From an uncultured Acidobacteriaceae bacterium (lineage in GTDB: Bacteria > Acidobacteriota > Terriglobia > Terriglobales > Acidobacteriaceae): 64,000 nucleotides of DNA. Below, piece after piece: positions 8,898 through 18,509 of this stretch. Made by a program: the position numbers and the translations under genes. Location: NCBI GenBank assembly GCA_963799035.1, contig CAWCVS010000011.1, positions 9,096 to 73,095 on the forward strand, in the 5' to 3' direction. The notes below the pieces were generated by a model. The model did no database searches. It worked only from the letters and a program-made list of their open reading frames with translations, and had not been told where the DNA came from. Each line of letters starts with the position of its first letter. The stretch's first letter is position 1.

Positions 8898-10718
8898 CTA
8901 CGGTTTCATCGAAGCCGCATCCACCCGATGCGGCTGCCACGCCGGGCCGCCTTCCTCCCATTGGTCGTCCGTCAATTGCTCCACGTGAGTTCCATCCGCG
9001 TCCATCACAAAAATCTCGCCATACGGTTGCGGCGCACCCACCAGAAGAACCTCATCCTTGAATCCCATCCGCGAGCTTGTAAACAACAGGCGCTCACCAT
9101 CTGGGGACCAGGCCAGGTGCGCCTCGTTGCCTTTCGTGTGCGTCAACTGCGTCATCCCCGTTCCGTCGGGATGGACAGTGAACACCTGAAAATCACTGCC
9201 GGTTCGGCGAATGAATGCGATCACATCCCCGCGTGGCGACCAGACCGGAAAATTGTCCCACTCGCTGGTCAGCACCTTGATGGAATGGTCTTCCAGGTTC
9301 ATGATGCGCAGCCCCTGCTCCTTCGCTCCGAGCGTGCGATACACAATGTGCTTTCCATCCGGCCCGAATGACGCAAATGCATTGTTGTTCTCGCCCGACG
9401 TAACGATCTGAAAGCCCGTTCCATCCGCATTCACAATGCCGACCTGCGCCCCTCCGTTTACCGCATCGATCGGTTTCTTTCCACCCGCCTCAAAATCGAG
9501 AAACGCCGTAAAGTTCCCGACACCGACAACGATCTGCTTGCCGTCGGGCGACCAGGCCGGGGCTAGAATCAAATCCTTCCGCTCCAGGATCGAGCGCGCC
9601 GGTTTGCCCTCATCCACGATCAAGAGGCTCACCCCTCCCCCACCGGGTTTCATTTTGGTTACAGCCAGGTGCTCTCCCGTTGGGTCGTAAGCGGGCAACC
9701 ACGCCGTAGCGTACAGATCGAATCTTGGATTCTTGCTGAATTGCTTCACCGGCTCCGTGGGGCGCTTGAACACAAAGCGGCTGAACACAACCTGCTTTCC
9801 ATCCGGCGCCCACGACGGACTCCGCAGATCGTCTCCCTTCGGGCCCGGCTTGCCGCTCCCATAAAAGACCCCGCTGGCCGTGGGGTCCAGGCGCAAATAC
9901 GCAATCTCGCCCGACGACAAAACTGCCGGTTGCAGCTTCACTCCGGGTCCCGCCGCCACCGCCGTCGCTTTCCCTGTGCCGATATCGAACTTCATCAGTT
10001 TGTCTTCGCCATTGCTCCCGCCAAAGCGAAAATCCCAGGTTTCCTGAGCCAGCATGCAATACGCGACCACGTTTTTACTGTCCGGCGTCCATTTGGGACT
10101 GCCGCAAAAATCCCCATGCTGCGAAATCCTTTTCAGCCCCGAGCCATCCGGATGGATCAGGTAAATGTCCACCAGGTGCAATCGCTCCCAGCGGCCTTTC
10201 GCATCCGGCAAACTGCTCTCGCGGTCCGAGGAGAACGCAATCCACTGTCCGTCCGGCGACCAGGAGGGCCGAAAGTCCCCCCCATTCCCTGAAGTCAATG
10301 CCCTGGCCCGATGCGTCGCAGCATCAAGAACCCACAGGTTCGCCCTTCCGCCGGCTCGCGTCGAGACAAACACAATCTGTTGGCCATCGGGCGAGAATGC
10401 CGCCTGGTCGTCATACGCCGGGTCGTCTGTCAGCCGTTCGATCCCAGTCCCATCGGGATGAATGCGATACAGATCCGCCGATCCCGCGCGCTCCGATGTA
10501 AATGCGATCCAGTCTCCCTTCGGCGACCACGCGGGGTCATAATCAAGCGACCCCGACTGCGTGAGAGCGTGCTCTCCGGTTCCATCGGCACTGGAGACGA
10601 ACAGATTCGCCTGCGTCGGACCAAGCCGGTCAAGCAGGATGCGATCAACAGCATTGCAGCAAGTCGCCCTGGAAGCGACCACGAAGGCGCAAAGAAACCA
10701 TGCACGGAGACAAGCCAT
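8898..10718 (-). CDS. Secreted TolB-like / PD40 beta-propeller protein
   Basis: Signal-like N-terminus; many PxWSPDG repeats (PAWSPKG, AFSPDG, PSWSPDG, PVWSPRG). Confidence 0.88.
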   Translation of the reverse strand: MACLRAWFLCAFVVASRATCCNAVDRILLDRLGPTQANLFVSSADGTGEHALTQSGSLDYDPAWSPKGDWIAFTSERAGSADLYRIHPDGTGIERLTDDPAYDDQAAFSPDGQQIVFVSTRAGGRANLWVLDAATHRARALTSGNGGDFRPSWSPDGQWIAFSSDRESSLPDAKGRWERLHLVDIYLIHPDGSGLKRISQHGDFCGSPKWTPDSKNVVAYCMLAQETWDFRFGGSNGEDKLMKFDIGTGKATAVAAGPGVKLQPAVLSSGEIAYLRLDPTASGVFYGSGKPGPKGDDLRSPSWAPDGKQVVFSRFVFKRPTEPVKQFSKNPRFDLYATAWLPAYDPTGEHLAVTKMKPGGGGVSLLIVDEGKPARSILERKDLILAPAWSPDGKQIVVGVGNFTAFLDFEAGGKKPIDAVNGGAQVGIVNADGTGFQIVTSGENNNAFASFGPDGKHIVYRTLGAKEQGLRIMNLEDHSIKVLTSEWDNFPVWSPRGDVIAFIRRTGSDFQVFTVHPDGTGMTQLTHTKGNEAHLAWSPDGERLLFTSSRMGFKDEVLLVGAPQPYGEIFVMDADGTHVEQLTDDQWEEGGPAWQPHRVDAASMKP

Positions 10719-10864
10719 CTTCCACTCCGAATACGGGATTTTGGGTCAGGAGAAGTTGCCTGCGAGCATACCATCGCCAAGCACCCCCCGGCGATCCGCA
10801 CTCGCCCCGCAGCGTGTTTCTCGCTAGTCGCGGGATCGGCACCCGCGCCGAATCGTTGCAGATA

Positions 10865-11036
10865 CGGAGCGAGCAGCAGCCTTCAGGCAGCTGAAATCAT
10901 GTGCAAGGAGAAGTGTCATCCCGAGGCCCGCAAGCTTGGGGTAAGCGGCGAAGGATCTGCTTTGGGTCTTGTGTCATGGCACGACTTTAGTCGTGCCGGA
11001 AAGGCATCAAAATAAAAGAAGGGCTTTAGCCCCTGA
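10865..11036. repeat. Mosaic of three palindromic repeat types (BIME-like)
   Basis: ggagcgagcagcagccttcaggcagctgaa; TGTCATCCCGAG...GAAGGATCTGCTTT (10914-10963); ggcacgactttagtcgtgccg...gggctttagcccctga (10978-11036, family D). Confidence 0.75.
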
Positions 11037-11168
11037 AGCATGTCCTTTTCCATCAGTCGTTTGCGTTTCTCTTTCTGCATCCTGTTCGGATCGACCTTGC
11101 CCGCGAGATCGCGAATCCCTGACTCATTCCGGATTTCCAATTGACCAACGAATCACGCCTCCTTAACA

Positions 11169-11197
11169 TTGACCCATCCCCCGATTTCCCGTAGACT
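11169..11197 (+). promoter_or_regulatory. Sigma70-like promoter of rpsT
   Basis: TTGACC-N17-TAGACT. Confidence 0.65.
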
Positions 11198-11283
11198 AGG
11201 GAATTGCGAGGGATGCGGTGTGTCTGCATTCTGACCCGCATCAATCTCCCTGACAATTCAGGGCTTTAGACCAAGGAAGCTTA

Positions 11284-11559
11284 ATGGCAAACCATGTATC
11301 GTCGCTGAAGCGCGCTCGCCAGACCGAAACCAGGACCGTTGTGAACCGCGCCAATCGCACCCGCGTGCGCTCCAGCCTCCGCGCCCTGCGCGAAGCCATC
11401 GCCAAGGGTGATGTGAAGGCTGCCCAGGCCCAGTTCCGTGAGACCGTTTCCGCCCTCGACAAGAGTGTCCAGAAGGGTGTTCTTCACTCGAACACCGTTT
11501 CTCGCTACAAGAGTCGCCTGAATGCCCGGTTGAAGGCTCTTGCGACGGCAAAAGCATAG
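11284..11559 (+). CDS. rpsT: 30S ribosomal protein S20
   Basis: [13 protein letters not shown]...[22 protein letters not shown]. Confidence 0.97.
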   Translation: MANHVSSLKRARQTETRTVVNRANRTRVRSSLRALREAIAKGDVKAAQAQFRETVSALDKSVQKGVLHSNTVSRYKSRLNARLKALATAKA

Positions 11560-11640
11560 ATTTTTTGGGGTGGCCGCGATCCGGAGTCTCCAGCAACAAG
11601 TTTTCGTTGCCGGGGTGGGGAAAGGCCATATGAGCAGGTG

Positions 11641-11671
11641 CGGCCGGGAGCAATCCCGGCCGTTCCTTTTT
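11641..11671 (+). terminator. Intrinsic terminator after rpsT
   Basis: cggccggga-gcaa-tcccggccg then ttcctttt. Confidence 0.8.
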
Positions 11672-11682
11672 CTACCCCTTAA

Positions 11683-12012
11683 TTAAGGTACCGGGTCCTT
11701 CGTTCCCATTGGCACACCCGGCCGGCACGATGCGACCCTGCGCACGCTCATCCATCCGCCTCGCGCGATTCCATATTTGCGCACCGCTTCCACCGCATAT
11801 CTCGAACACGTTGGGCTATAGCGGCAGCGAATGAAGCGCCCTGTGACCGGATGAATAAACCGGTGATATCCATCCACCGACAACGCGAACAGGCGCACGC
11901 TGACCTGCTTCTGAGGCGAACGCATCGCATCCGCCCCGAACAGCACGGCGACAAATAGAATCGCCGCCAGCCACGGACCCGGCCTTAGAATCCAGCGCCG
12001 CAATGAGGACAT
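11683..12012 (-). CDS. yidD: YidD-family membrane protein insertion efficiency factor
   Basis: YHRFIHP...[19 protein letters not shown]...RRVASCRP...G.DPVP. Confidence 0.88.
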   Translation of the reverse strand: MSSLRRWILRPGPWLAAILFVAVLFGADAMRSPQKQVSVRLFALSVDGYHRFIHPVTGRFIRCRYSPTCSRYAVEAVRKYGIARGGWMSVRRVASCRPGVPMGTKDPVP

Positions 12013-12362
12013 TTCACGCTGGCCTGCAGCCGCTTATTCCCGCAATTAGGGCACGGAACGAGGCTGCCTTGCGGTCTCGATGTTAAGTAAATCAAAAGGC
12101 CGATGAAATTCAGAAAGAAGACGAGTGCCATCCAGAGAATCGCGCTGTCCATTCCGCGTGCCTTGGCATCTCTCGCCACCCAAACCAGTAACGCGACGCC
12201 AAGAGCGAAGAAGATGATTGGAACGAGGATGAAAGTGCTGCAGCAACCGGCGCAAGCCGCATTGCCTGCCGCGTTTCCGGAGTTGTTCTGTGCATAACCA
12301 AGAGCAGGAATGAAAAAGACAAGGGTCGAGAACAGCCTGACCGTAAGCTTCCAGGGTCTCAT
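11985..12362 (-). CDS. Small membrane protein: signal peptide, two TM helices (PLDc_N-like) and a C-terminal zinc ribbon
   Basis: [17 protein letters not shown]...FIGLLIYL; CPNCG...CPHCG. Confidence 0.75.
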   Translation of the reverse strand: MRPWKLTVRLFSTLVFFIPALGYAQNNSGNAAGNAACAGCCSTFILVPIIFFALGVALLVWVARDAKARGMDSAILWMALVFFLNFIGLLIYLTSRPQGSLVPCPNCGNKRLQASVKCPHCGAGF

Positions 12363-12401
12363 TGCGTACCGACTTTCTGCTGATGTTTGATTTGGCAGAC
12401 A

Positions 12402-12430
12402 ATGCTAGGGAACGGCACCCGCTAAGTCAA
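12402..12430 (-). promoter_or_regulatory. Sigma70-like promoter
   Basis: TTGACT-N17-TAGCAT on the minus strand, upstream of 12362. Confidence 0.5.
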
Positions 12431-12440
12431 TAAGGCTGCT

Positions 12441-13622
12441 CTACAACCGCTCGAAAATCCCCGCCGCTCCCTGCCCTCCGCCCACGCACATCGTCACCAT
12501 CCCGTAGCGCGCCTTCCGGCGTTTCATCTCGCTCAGAAGTGTCGCCGTCAGCTTGGCGCCCGTACACCCCAGCGGATGCCCCAGCGCAATCGCGCCCCCG
12601 TTCACATTGACCTTCGCCGGATCGAACCCCAGTTCGCGCATCACCGCCAGCGCCTGCGCCGCAAACGCCTCGTTGAATTCGATCAGCTCGATATCGTTGA
12701 GTGTCAGCCCGGCCTTCTTCAGCGCCTTCGGCACGGCGTACAGCGGGCCCATCCCCATCTCCTCCGGCAGACACCCCGCCACCGCGTATGCCACCAGTCG
12801 CGCCAGCGGCTGAATTCCCAGTTCTTGCGCGCGCGCTGCATCCATCAAAATCGTCGCGGCCGCTCCATCGGATGTCTGCGAAGAATTGCCGGCGGTCACA
12901 GACCCATTCGCATGAAAAGCCGGCTTCAGCGCCGCAAGCGCTTCGGCCGTCGTATCCGCGCGAGGCCCCTCGTCCGCCGAGAAAACCGACTCTGATGTCG
13001 CCGGTTTTCCCGCCTTCGCTGTCGGCGTCGCCATCGTCACCTTCACCGGAACAAGCTCCTCGTCAAACCGTCCCGCAGCCTGGGCAGCCACAGCTTTCTG
13101 GTGACTCGCAAGCGAAAACGCGTCCGCATCCTCGCGCGAAATGCTGTAGTGCTTGGCTACGCGTTCAGCCGTCAGCCCCATGGTCAACAATGCAGCCGGA
13201 TAGTTCTCAGCCAGCCAGGGATTGGGCCGCGGCTTGATGCCGCCCATCGGCAGCATGCTCATCGTCTCCGCTCCGCCTGCAATCACCACCCGCTGCACCC
13301 CGCCGCGAATGCGCATATCGGCCTGGGCAATCGCCTCCAGCCCCGAAGCGCAAAGCCGGTTCACCGTCATGCCGGGCACATCCACCGGAAGCTGCGCACG
13401 CAGAGCGACCATGCGCGCTATGTTCCATCCCGACTCGCCCTCCGGCTGCGCGCAGCCCAGGATCACGTCTTCGACTTCGGCCTTATCCAGCGCAGGGATC
13501 CGCTCCAGAGCATTCGTCAATGCAGCCGCTGCAAGATCGTCGGGGCGTGTAGTGGATAAGGCGCCCTTGGGCGCGCGGCCTACAGGGGTACGAACAGCGC
13601 TTACAAGTACAGCTTCGGGCAT
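12441..13622 (-). CDS. fadA: Acetyl-CoA C-acyltransferase (thiolase)
   Basis: TVNRLCASG, NEAFA, GGAIALGHPLG, CVGGGQG. Confidence 0.93.
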   Translation of the reverse strand: MPEAVLVSAVRTPVGRAPKGALSTTRPDDLAAAALTNALERIPALDKAEVEDVILGCAQPEGESGWNIARMVALRAQLPVDVPGMTVNRLCASGLEAIAQADMRIRGGVQRVVIAGGAETMSMLPMGGIKPRPNPWLAENYPAALLTMGLTAERVAKHYSISREDADAFSLASHQKAVAAQAAGRFDEELVPVKVTMATPTAKAGKPATSESVFSADEGPRADTTAEALAALKPAFHANGSVTAGNSSQTSDGAAATILMDAARAQELGIQPLARLVAYAVAGCLPEEMGMGPLYAVPKALKKAGLTLNDIELIEFNEAFAAQALAVMRELGFDPAKVNVNGGAIALGHPLGCTGAKLTATLLSEMKRRKARYGMVTMCVGGGQGAAGIFERL

Positions 13623-13711
13623 CAGATGCTCCAGGAAAACGCGGACCAGTTCACAAGGTCCGCTGGCTCATTGTTAGACCGCGAGGCATGCAGGGGTCAA
13701 ATTGCCTGCAA

Positions 13712-14338
13712 TTAATCCGACGTATCCACCACCGTCCACGCATTGTGCGTATAGAAGCGATACACCGTCTTCTGGTTCAGCACGACATCCTCAAGCGCGT
13801 CGTGATCGAGCATCGGAGGATGGTGCTCCATCCCGGCCTGGGCCTCGCGGACCTGCCGCGGCGAAGCAGGATCAATCCCCCAGTCAAATCCCAGCTCTCC
13901 AGAGGAACCGTGCCGCTGCAACCGCTCGAGTTCAGGAACCGATACCAGCATCACAGGCTTGTTCGCAGCATGCGCAAAAAAAACCAGCAGCTCGACATTG
14001 CCATGGGTAGAGCAAAGCACCGCCCAGTCCGACGAGCCGGGACGTTCAAGACTCGCGTGAATCACGTTCTCCGGCCGATGCGCCTGAAATGTCTGCGGAA
14101 TCATGCAACCGCGCTTGTCGAGAACATCTGCGACCGCATCCGGCAAGTCAGGAAAAGAACTGGCCGGCAGCCGACGGATCAGGTACGACGTCATGCGGCC
14201 ATCGACACTCGTCTTACCCGACTCGTTGAATTTTTCCGAACTATCCGGCTGGCTGGGAGATGGTTCCTGAGCGAGTGCGCCCGCGCATGCGAGCGGTAAC
14301 GATGCCGCTGAAACCAGGATGAGTGCTGCGAATTTCAT
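13712..14338 (-). CDS. Secreted hypothetical protein between fadN and the thiolase
   Basis: Signal peptide MKFAALILVSAASLPLACAGALA; starts immediately after the fadN stop. Confidence 0.75.
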   Translation of the reverse strand: MKFAALILVSAASLPLACAGALAQEPSPSQPDSSEKFNESGKTSVDGRMTSYLIRRLPASSFPDLPDAVADVLDKRGCMIPQTFQAHRPENVIHASLERPGSSDWAVLCSTHGNVELLVFFAHAANKPVMLVSVPELERLQRHGSSGELGFDWGIDPASPRQVREAQAGMEHHPPMLDHDALEDVVLNQKTVYRFYTHNAWTVVDTSD

Positions 14339-14339
14339 T

Positions 14340-16796
14340 TCAATTGCGCAGTGGCTTGCCGGTCTTCAGTGTATACGCGACGCGCTCCTGCGTCTTGCGT
14401 TCGCCACAGAGCGACAGAAACGCCTCGCGCTCCAGATCGAGCAGATACTGCTCGCCAACCAGCGAACCGGCCGTGACCTTTCCGCCGCACAGGATGTACG
14501 CGACCCACCGCGCCACCTTCATGTCATGTTCCGAAGCGTACCCCGCCTCGCCCATCAAAAAGACGCCCGTATTCAGCACCGCAAGCGAAGCCGTACCCGG
14601 AGCTGGAATCACGCGTGGCTGCGGTGCGACATAGCCCGCTTCTGCCAGTGCAATCGCCTGCGCTTTGGCATCGAGCAGCAGCCGCTCCCGGTTCAGCGTA
14701 ATTCCGTCACTCGGCAACAGCAGCCCCAACGTGCGCGCTTCCGCAGCAGACGTCGCCACCTTCGCCATCGCGATCGTCTCCAGCGCACGCTTCAATGCCG
14801 CATTCATCTCCGCCGACTGCGCAAATCGCGAGGGCGGGTCTTTCGGATCAGGGGGTGCGAGTGCTGCGGCTGCGTCCACCGAGCGCAGCAGCATTTCTTT
14901 TGTGCCTCCGCCGCCGGGTATCAATCCGATGCCGGTTTCCACAAGCCCGATGTACGTCTCCGCATGTGCCTGGCGACGCGCCGCGTGCAGCGAAATCTCC
15001 GCGCCTCCACCCAGCGTCAAATTAAACGGCGCCACCACCACCGGCCGAGGGCAGAACTTGATCGACATCGACATCTGCTGAAACGCGCGAATGGCCCCTT
15101 CGACTTCCTCCCAGTCGCCCTCCTGCGCACCCAGCAGCAACTGCATCAGGTTCGCGCCCACGCTGAACCGGTCTCGATCGCCGCTGATCACAAATCCGCG
15201 AAAGTTCTTCACCGCCTCCGACGTTGGATTCAGCACCGACGAAATCATCGCCACCACATCGCCGCCGATCGCGTTCTTCAGCGAGTGCAATTCGATGCAG
15301 CCAATGCCGTCGCCAATATCCACCAGTGAGGCTCCCGGATTGCTCCGGATTACTCCGTTGCTCCGCCGATAATCCGCAACCCGCGCGTGCCCCGGCTGCT
15401 GCGCGATCTGCTCCCACGCACCGGTTGTCGGGTTGTAGCATTGCGGTCCGTCCGGCGAGTACCACGAAACGGGCGCAGACTCGGGCGCCGAATCCAGCAG
15501 TCCCTCCACAGCCTTGCTCACCGGAATGCCCATCGCCTTCATGCGGCTTACCGAATCCCGCACCCCCTCCGCATCCCAGAGTTCAAACGGACCCAGCTCC
15601 CAGTTGAACCCCGCCCGCATTGCCTGGTCGATCGACGGCGCATCGTTCGCCGCATCGCCAATCCGATCCGCAGCAAAGTTCCACAGCGACGAAAGAAACG
15701 GCCATAGAAACGCGGCCGCCTTGTCCTTCTTGGGATCATTCGCCAGCAGCAGTTTGATCCGTTCCTGTACCGTGGCTGCGTTCTTCGCCATCTCCAGCGA
15801 AGGCAAAGCCGGCTTCATCGAAGGCCTGTACTCGAAAGTATTCAAGTCGAGCACCTGTCGCTCTTCTTTGCCATCGGCGCCGCGCGTCTTCTTGTAGAAC
15901 CCCTGCTTCGACTTGTCGCCCAGCCAGCCGCGCTTCACAATCTCCTGAAGCTTCTCGCCGAATCCGCCCGGCGTTACCCCCTGCGGAAAATTCGCCGCAA
16001 CGTGCGCCAGGATGTCGATCCCCACCATATCGGCCAGACGAAATGTTCCCGTCCGCGGAAACCCGAGCGCCGGCCCGGTCAACGCATCCACCTCCTCGAT
16101 GCTCAGCCCCTGCTCCAGCATCAGCGTCGCCGCCGTAAACATCACCGCAACCCCAATGCGGTTGCCGATAAAGTTCGGCGTATCGTTCGCAAACACTACC
16201 TGCTTCCCAAGCACGCGATCCCCGAACGTCGCGAACGAGGCAATCAGCGCCGCATCGCTCTCCGCCGTGGGAATGATCTCCAGCAGTTGCATGTACCGCG
16301 GCGGATTGAAGAAGTGCGTGCCGAAAAAACGGTCGCGATGCGACTTCAGTCCCGCGGCAATCTTCGCAATCGGCAGGCCGGATGTATTGGTGCTCAACAC
16401 AGCCTGCGGCGCCAGGTGCGGCACAACGCGATCCAGTAGCGCTCGCTTGATTTCAAGATTCTCCGCCACCGCCTCGATGACCCAGTCGCATTGCTTCAGC
16501 TTCGGCAAGTCATCGTCAAAGTTGCCCGGCGTGATCATCGACGCCAGTGACGTCTCATAAAAAGCCGCAGGCTTGGCCTTTGCCAGCGCAGCCAGCGCCG
16601 ACTCCGCCAGCCGGTTCCTCGAGCCATCCCCGCTCGGAACCATGTCGAGCAGTAACGAAGGAATGCCCGCATTGGCCAGATGCGCAGCGATGCGCGAGCC
16701 CATGGTCCCGGCTCCGAGAACCGCGGCCCGGCGCACCAGCAGCGGTTGAGCAGCAAAGCGATAAGTGGGCGTGGTTGCCGGTGCAATCGTACTCAT
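14340..16796 (-). CDS. fadN: 3-hydroxyacyl-CoA dehydrogenase / enoyl-CoA hydratase (FadN-like)
   Basis: VLGAGTMG, STNTSG, HFFNP, PNFIGNR; crotonase domain (FSVGANL, LGGGAE); ends TGKPLRN. Confidence 0.9.
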   Translation of the reverse strand: MSTIAPATTPTYRFAAQPLLVRRAAVLGAGTMGSRIAAHLANAGIPSLLLDMVPSGDGSRNRLAESALAALAKAKPAAFYETSLASMITPGNFDDDLPKLKQCDWVIEAVAENLEIKRALLDRVVPHLAPQAVLSTNTSGLPIAKIAAGLKSHRDRFFGTHFFNPPRYMQLLEIIPTAESDAALIASFATFGDRVLGKQVVFANDTPNFIGNRIGVAVMFTAATLMLEQGLSIEEVDALTGPALGFPRTGTFRLADMVGIDILAHVAANFPQGVTPGGFGEKLQEIVKRGWLGDKSKQGFYKKTRGADGKEERQVLDLNTFEYRPSMKPALPSLEMAKNAATVQERIKLLLANDPKKDKAAAFLWPFLSSLWNFAADRIGDAANDAPSIDQAMRAGFNWELGPFELWDAEGVRDSVSRMKAMGIPVSKAVEGLLDSAPESAPVSWYSPDGPQCYNPTTGAWEQIAQQPGHARVADYRRSNGVIRSNPGASLVDIGDGIGCIELHSLKNAIGGDVVAMISSVLNPTSEAVKNFRGFVISGDRDRFSVGANLMQLLLGAQEGDWEEVEGAIRAFQQMSMSIKFCPRPVVVAPFNLTLGGGAEISLHAARRQAHAETYIGLVETGIGLIPGGGGTKEMLLRSVDAAAALAPPDPKDPPSRFAQSAEMNAALKRALETIAMAKVATSAAEARTLGLLLPSDGITLNRERLLLDAKAQAIALAEAGYVAPQPRVIPAPGTASLAVLNTGVFLMGEAGYASEHDMKVARWVAYILCGGKVTAGSLVGEQYLLDLEREAFLSLCGERKTQERVAYTLKTGKPLRN

Positions 16797-16905
16797 GCCG
16801 CCATCTCCAGGCGCACGCGCAACTCGGTGCAGCACATGCACGTAATCGTTCCCGAGCATACGAGGTGCGCTTCGCCGGGTCAAGGCGACAGCAGGACTGA
16901 GGAAT

Positions 16906-17034
16906 GTTGCCCGCGACTAGCCCAAATCAATGAGTCAGCCCTGCAAAATTGTCATTCCGACCGGACCCTGCCACTGAGCGGAGGCGAAGGGGAAGGGGTA
17001 GTGGAGGAACCTGCAGTTGTTCTTCGGTTGCTCC
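16906..17034. repeat. Family-B repeat, copy 1
   Basis: cccaaatcaatgagtcagccct...TGTCATTCCGACCGGACCCTG...GAAGGGGAAGGGGTAGTGGAGGAACCTGCAGTTGTTC; also at 18250 and 25965. Confidence 0.92.
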
Positions 17035-17037
17035 GAA

Positions 17038-17238
17038 CTAGCGGGGCAAATCTTCTCCAGGCGGCATCTTTCGCTGTGCTTCCCAGTCTGCTTGGGGATT
17101 CAATTTGGCGATGATTAGCGGCGAAAGGGTCTCGTGAGCGTATATCTTCCGAACCACATCGAATTCGCCGTTGGCACAAGCGATGAAAAGCTGCCTGGGT
17201 GAGCAAATCTTAGCCATCTCGCTCGCTGACACCGTCAT
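17038..17238 (-). pseudogene. Possible truncated ankyrin-like gene fragment
   Basis: LFIACANGEFDVVRKI resembles an ankyrin helix pair; ORF ends at the family-B repeat. Confidence 0.3.
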
Positions 17239-17241
17239 GGG

Positions 17242-17502
17242 TCAGATCGCAGGGAAATGGATGTTCAGCCTGTGGCAAATGAAGAGAATCAGGATGGCGC
17301 CCAGCGTGGAGAAAATGAGGCCGGCGGGATGATATCGGTCGTTCTTCGGGCGAAAAATCATGTGGGTTACGCCGCCGCCGAGGAGCGATCCGATGACGCC
17401 GAGCACCAGTGTCCAGAAGAGGGTTATGTGCGTGTGCATCACCGATTTCGAGATAAGCCCTGCAAGTAGCCCGATAATCAAATACCAGATGATGTGAAAC
17501 AT
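17242..17502 (-). CDS. GlsB/YeaQ/YmgE family stress-response membrane protein
   Basis: IIWYLIIGLLAGLISK...LGVIGSLLGG...STLGAILIL. Confidence 0.85.
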   Translation of the reverse strand: MFHIIWYLIIGLLAGLISKSVMHTHITLFWTLVLGVIGSLLGGGVTHMIFRPKNDRYHPAGLIFSTLGAILILFICHRLNIHFPAI

Positions 17503-17635
17503 GCTTTTGCCTCCCTCTTCTGCCTTCTACCGAAATCTCGATTTCAGTCTGCCAGACCGAATTTAAGAATACCTCGGGCCGCTCCCTTGACGGAACGACC
17601 CGGGGATTTCTTGTGCAGGGGAAGGATGCGGCAGC

Positions 17636-17950
17636 TTAGTGATGATCGTGGGGAGCTTGGCGCACCGAAACGATCACCCCGTCCCGGTTGGCAAGCACGT
17701 AATTCCCATCGATCTGGCGCCACTCGTGCCCCGATGGTGGACGGCGGAGGTGGTTTTGCCGGTAATCGACCTTGTCGCCTCTGTTCCAGTCTTCATTCTG
17801 AATCTTTGAACCAGACTTCCATTCTTGGTGCTGTTTGTAAGTGTGGTTGTCGCGATGATCTTGGTCCTGATGATCCTGAGCAAACGCGGGCACGCCGGCC
17901 AGAGTCACGGCCAGCATAGAGAGTGCGAATGTTGCGCGTATTATTTTCAC
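17636..17950 (-). CDS. RcnB-family secreted His-rich protein
   Basis: GTG start with AGGAG RBS, signal peptide, DYRQNHLRRPPSGHEWRQIDGNYVLA. Confidence 0.82.
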   Translation of the reverse strand: MKIIRATFALSMLAVTLAGVPAFAQDHQDQDHRDNHTYKQHQEWKSGSKIQNEDWNRGDKVDYRQNHLRRPPSGHEWRQIDGNYVLANRDGVIVSVRQAPHDHH

Positions 17951-18249
17951 GAATACTCCTGAGATTGAGTTGTGCCTGGAGGGAAGCACATCGGTCGATG
18001 GAGCAAGCGTACACAGAACCTTGCCCGGCATTCCGATCTGTTTTGACCACATCTCTACCTTTTGAGAACGACACCAGTTGCGACCGTATCTCGTCGACAT
18101 TCTCGACTGGTGACGGTGCGTCCCGTCCGATACGATCGATCCTCGGAAACCATTGGCTAACGACCATTAACTGCTGAATCAGCACCAACCCTGACATTAT
18201 GAATTGAGCAACAGTGACGGAAGAGCTGTTACTCAACTTGCAACTTCCG

Positions 18250-18417
18250 GTTGGCCCACAACTCGCCCAAATCAATGAGTCAGCCCTACAGAACTGTCAT
18301 TCCGACCGGACCCTGACCCTGAGCGAAGCCGAAGGGGAAGGGGTAGCGGAGGAACCTGCAGTTGTTCTTAGGTTGGTCCAGATCGGAGATACTTCCGGGC
18401 GGGCCACGATCCACCCG
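18250..18417. repeat. Family-B repeat, copy 2
   Basis: Near-identical to the 16906 and 25965 copies. Confidence 0.92.
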
Positions 18418-18509
18418 GAACCCAAGTCAACGACCGCATTGGCTGAAGTCGCCAGTGCAAAACCTGCGAGACCCGCTACTATGATCCATGAATTGAGGAG
18501 ACACGGGTT

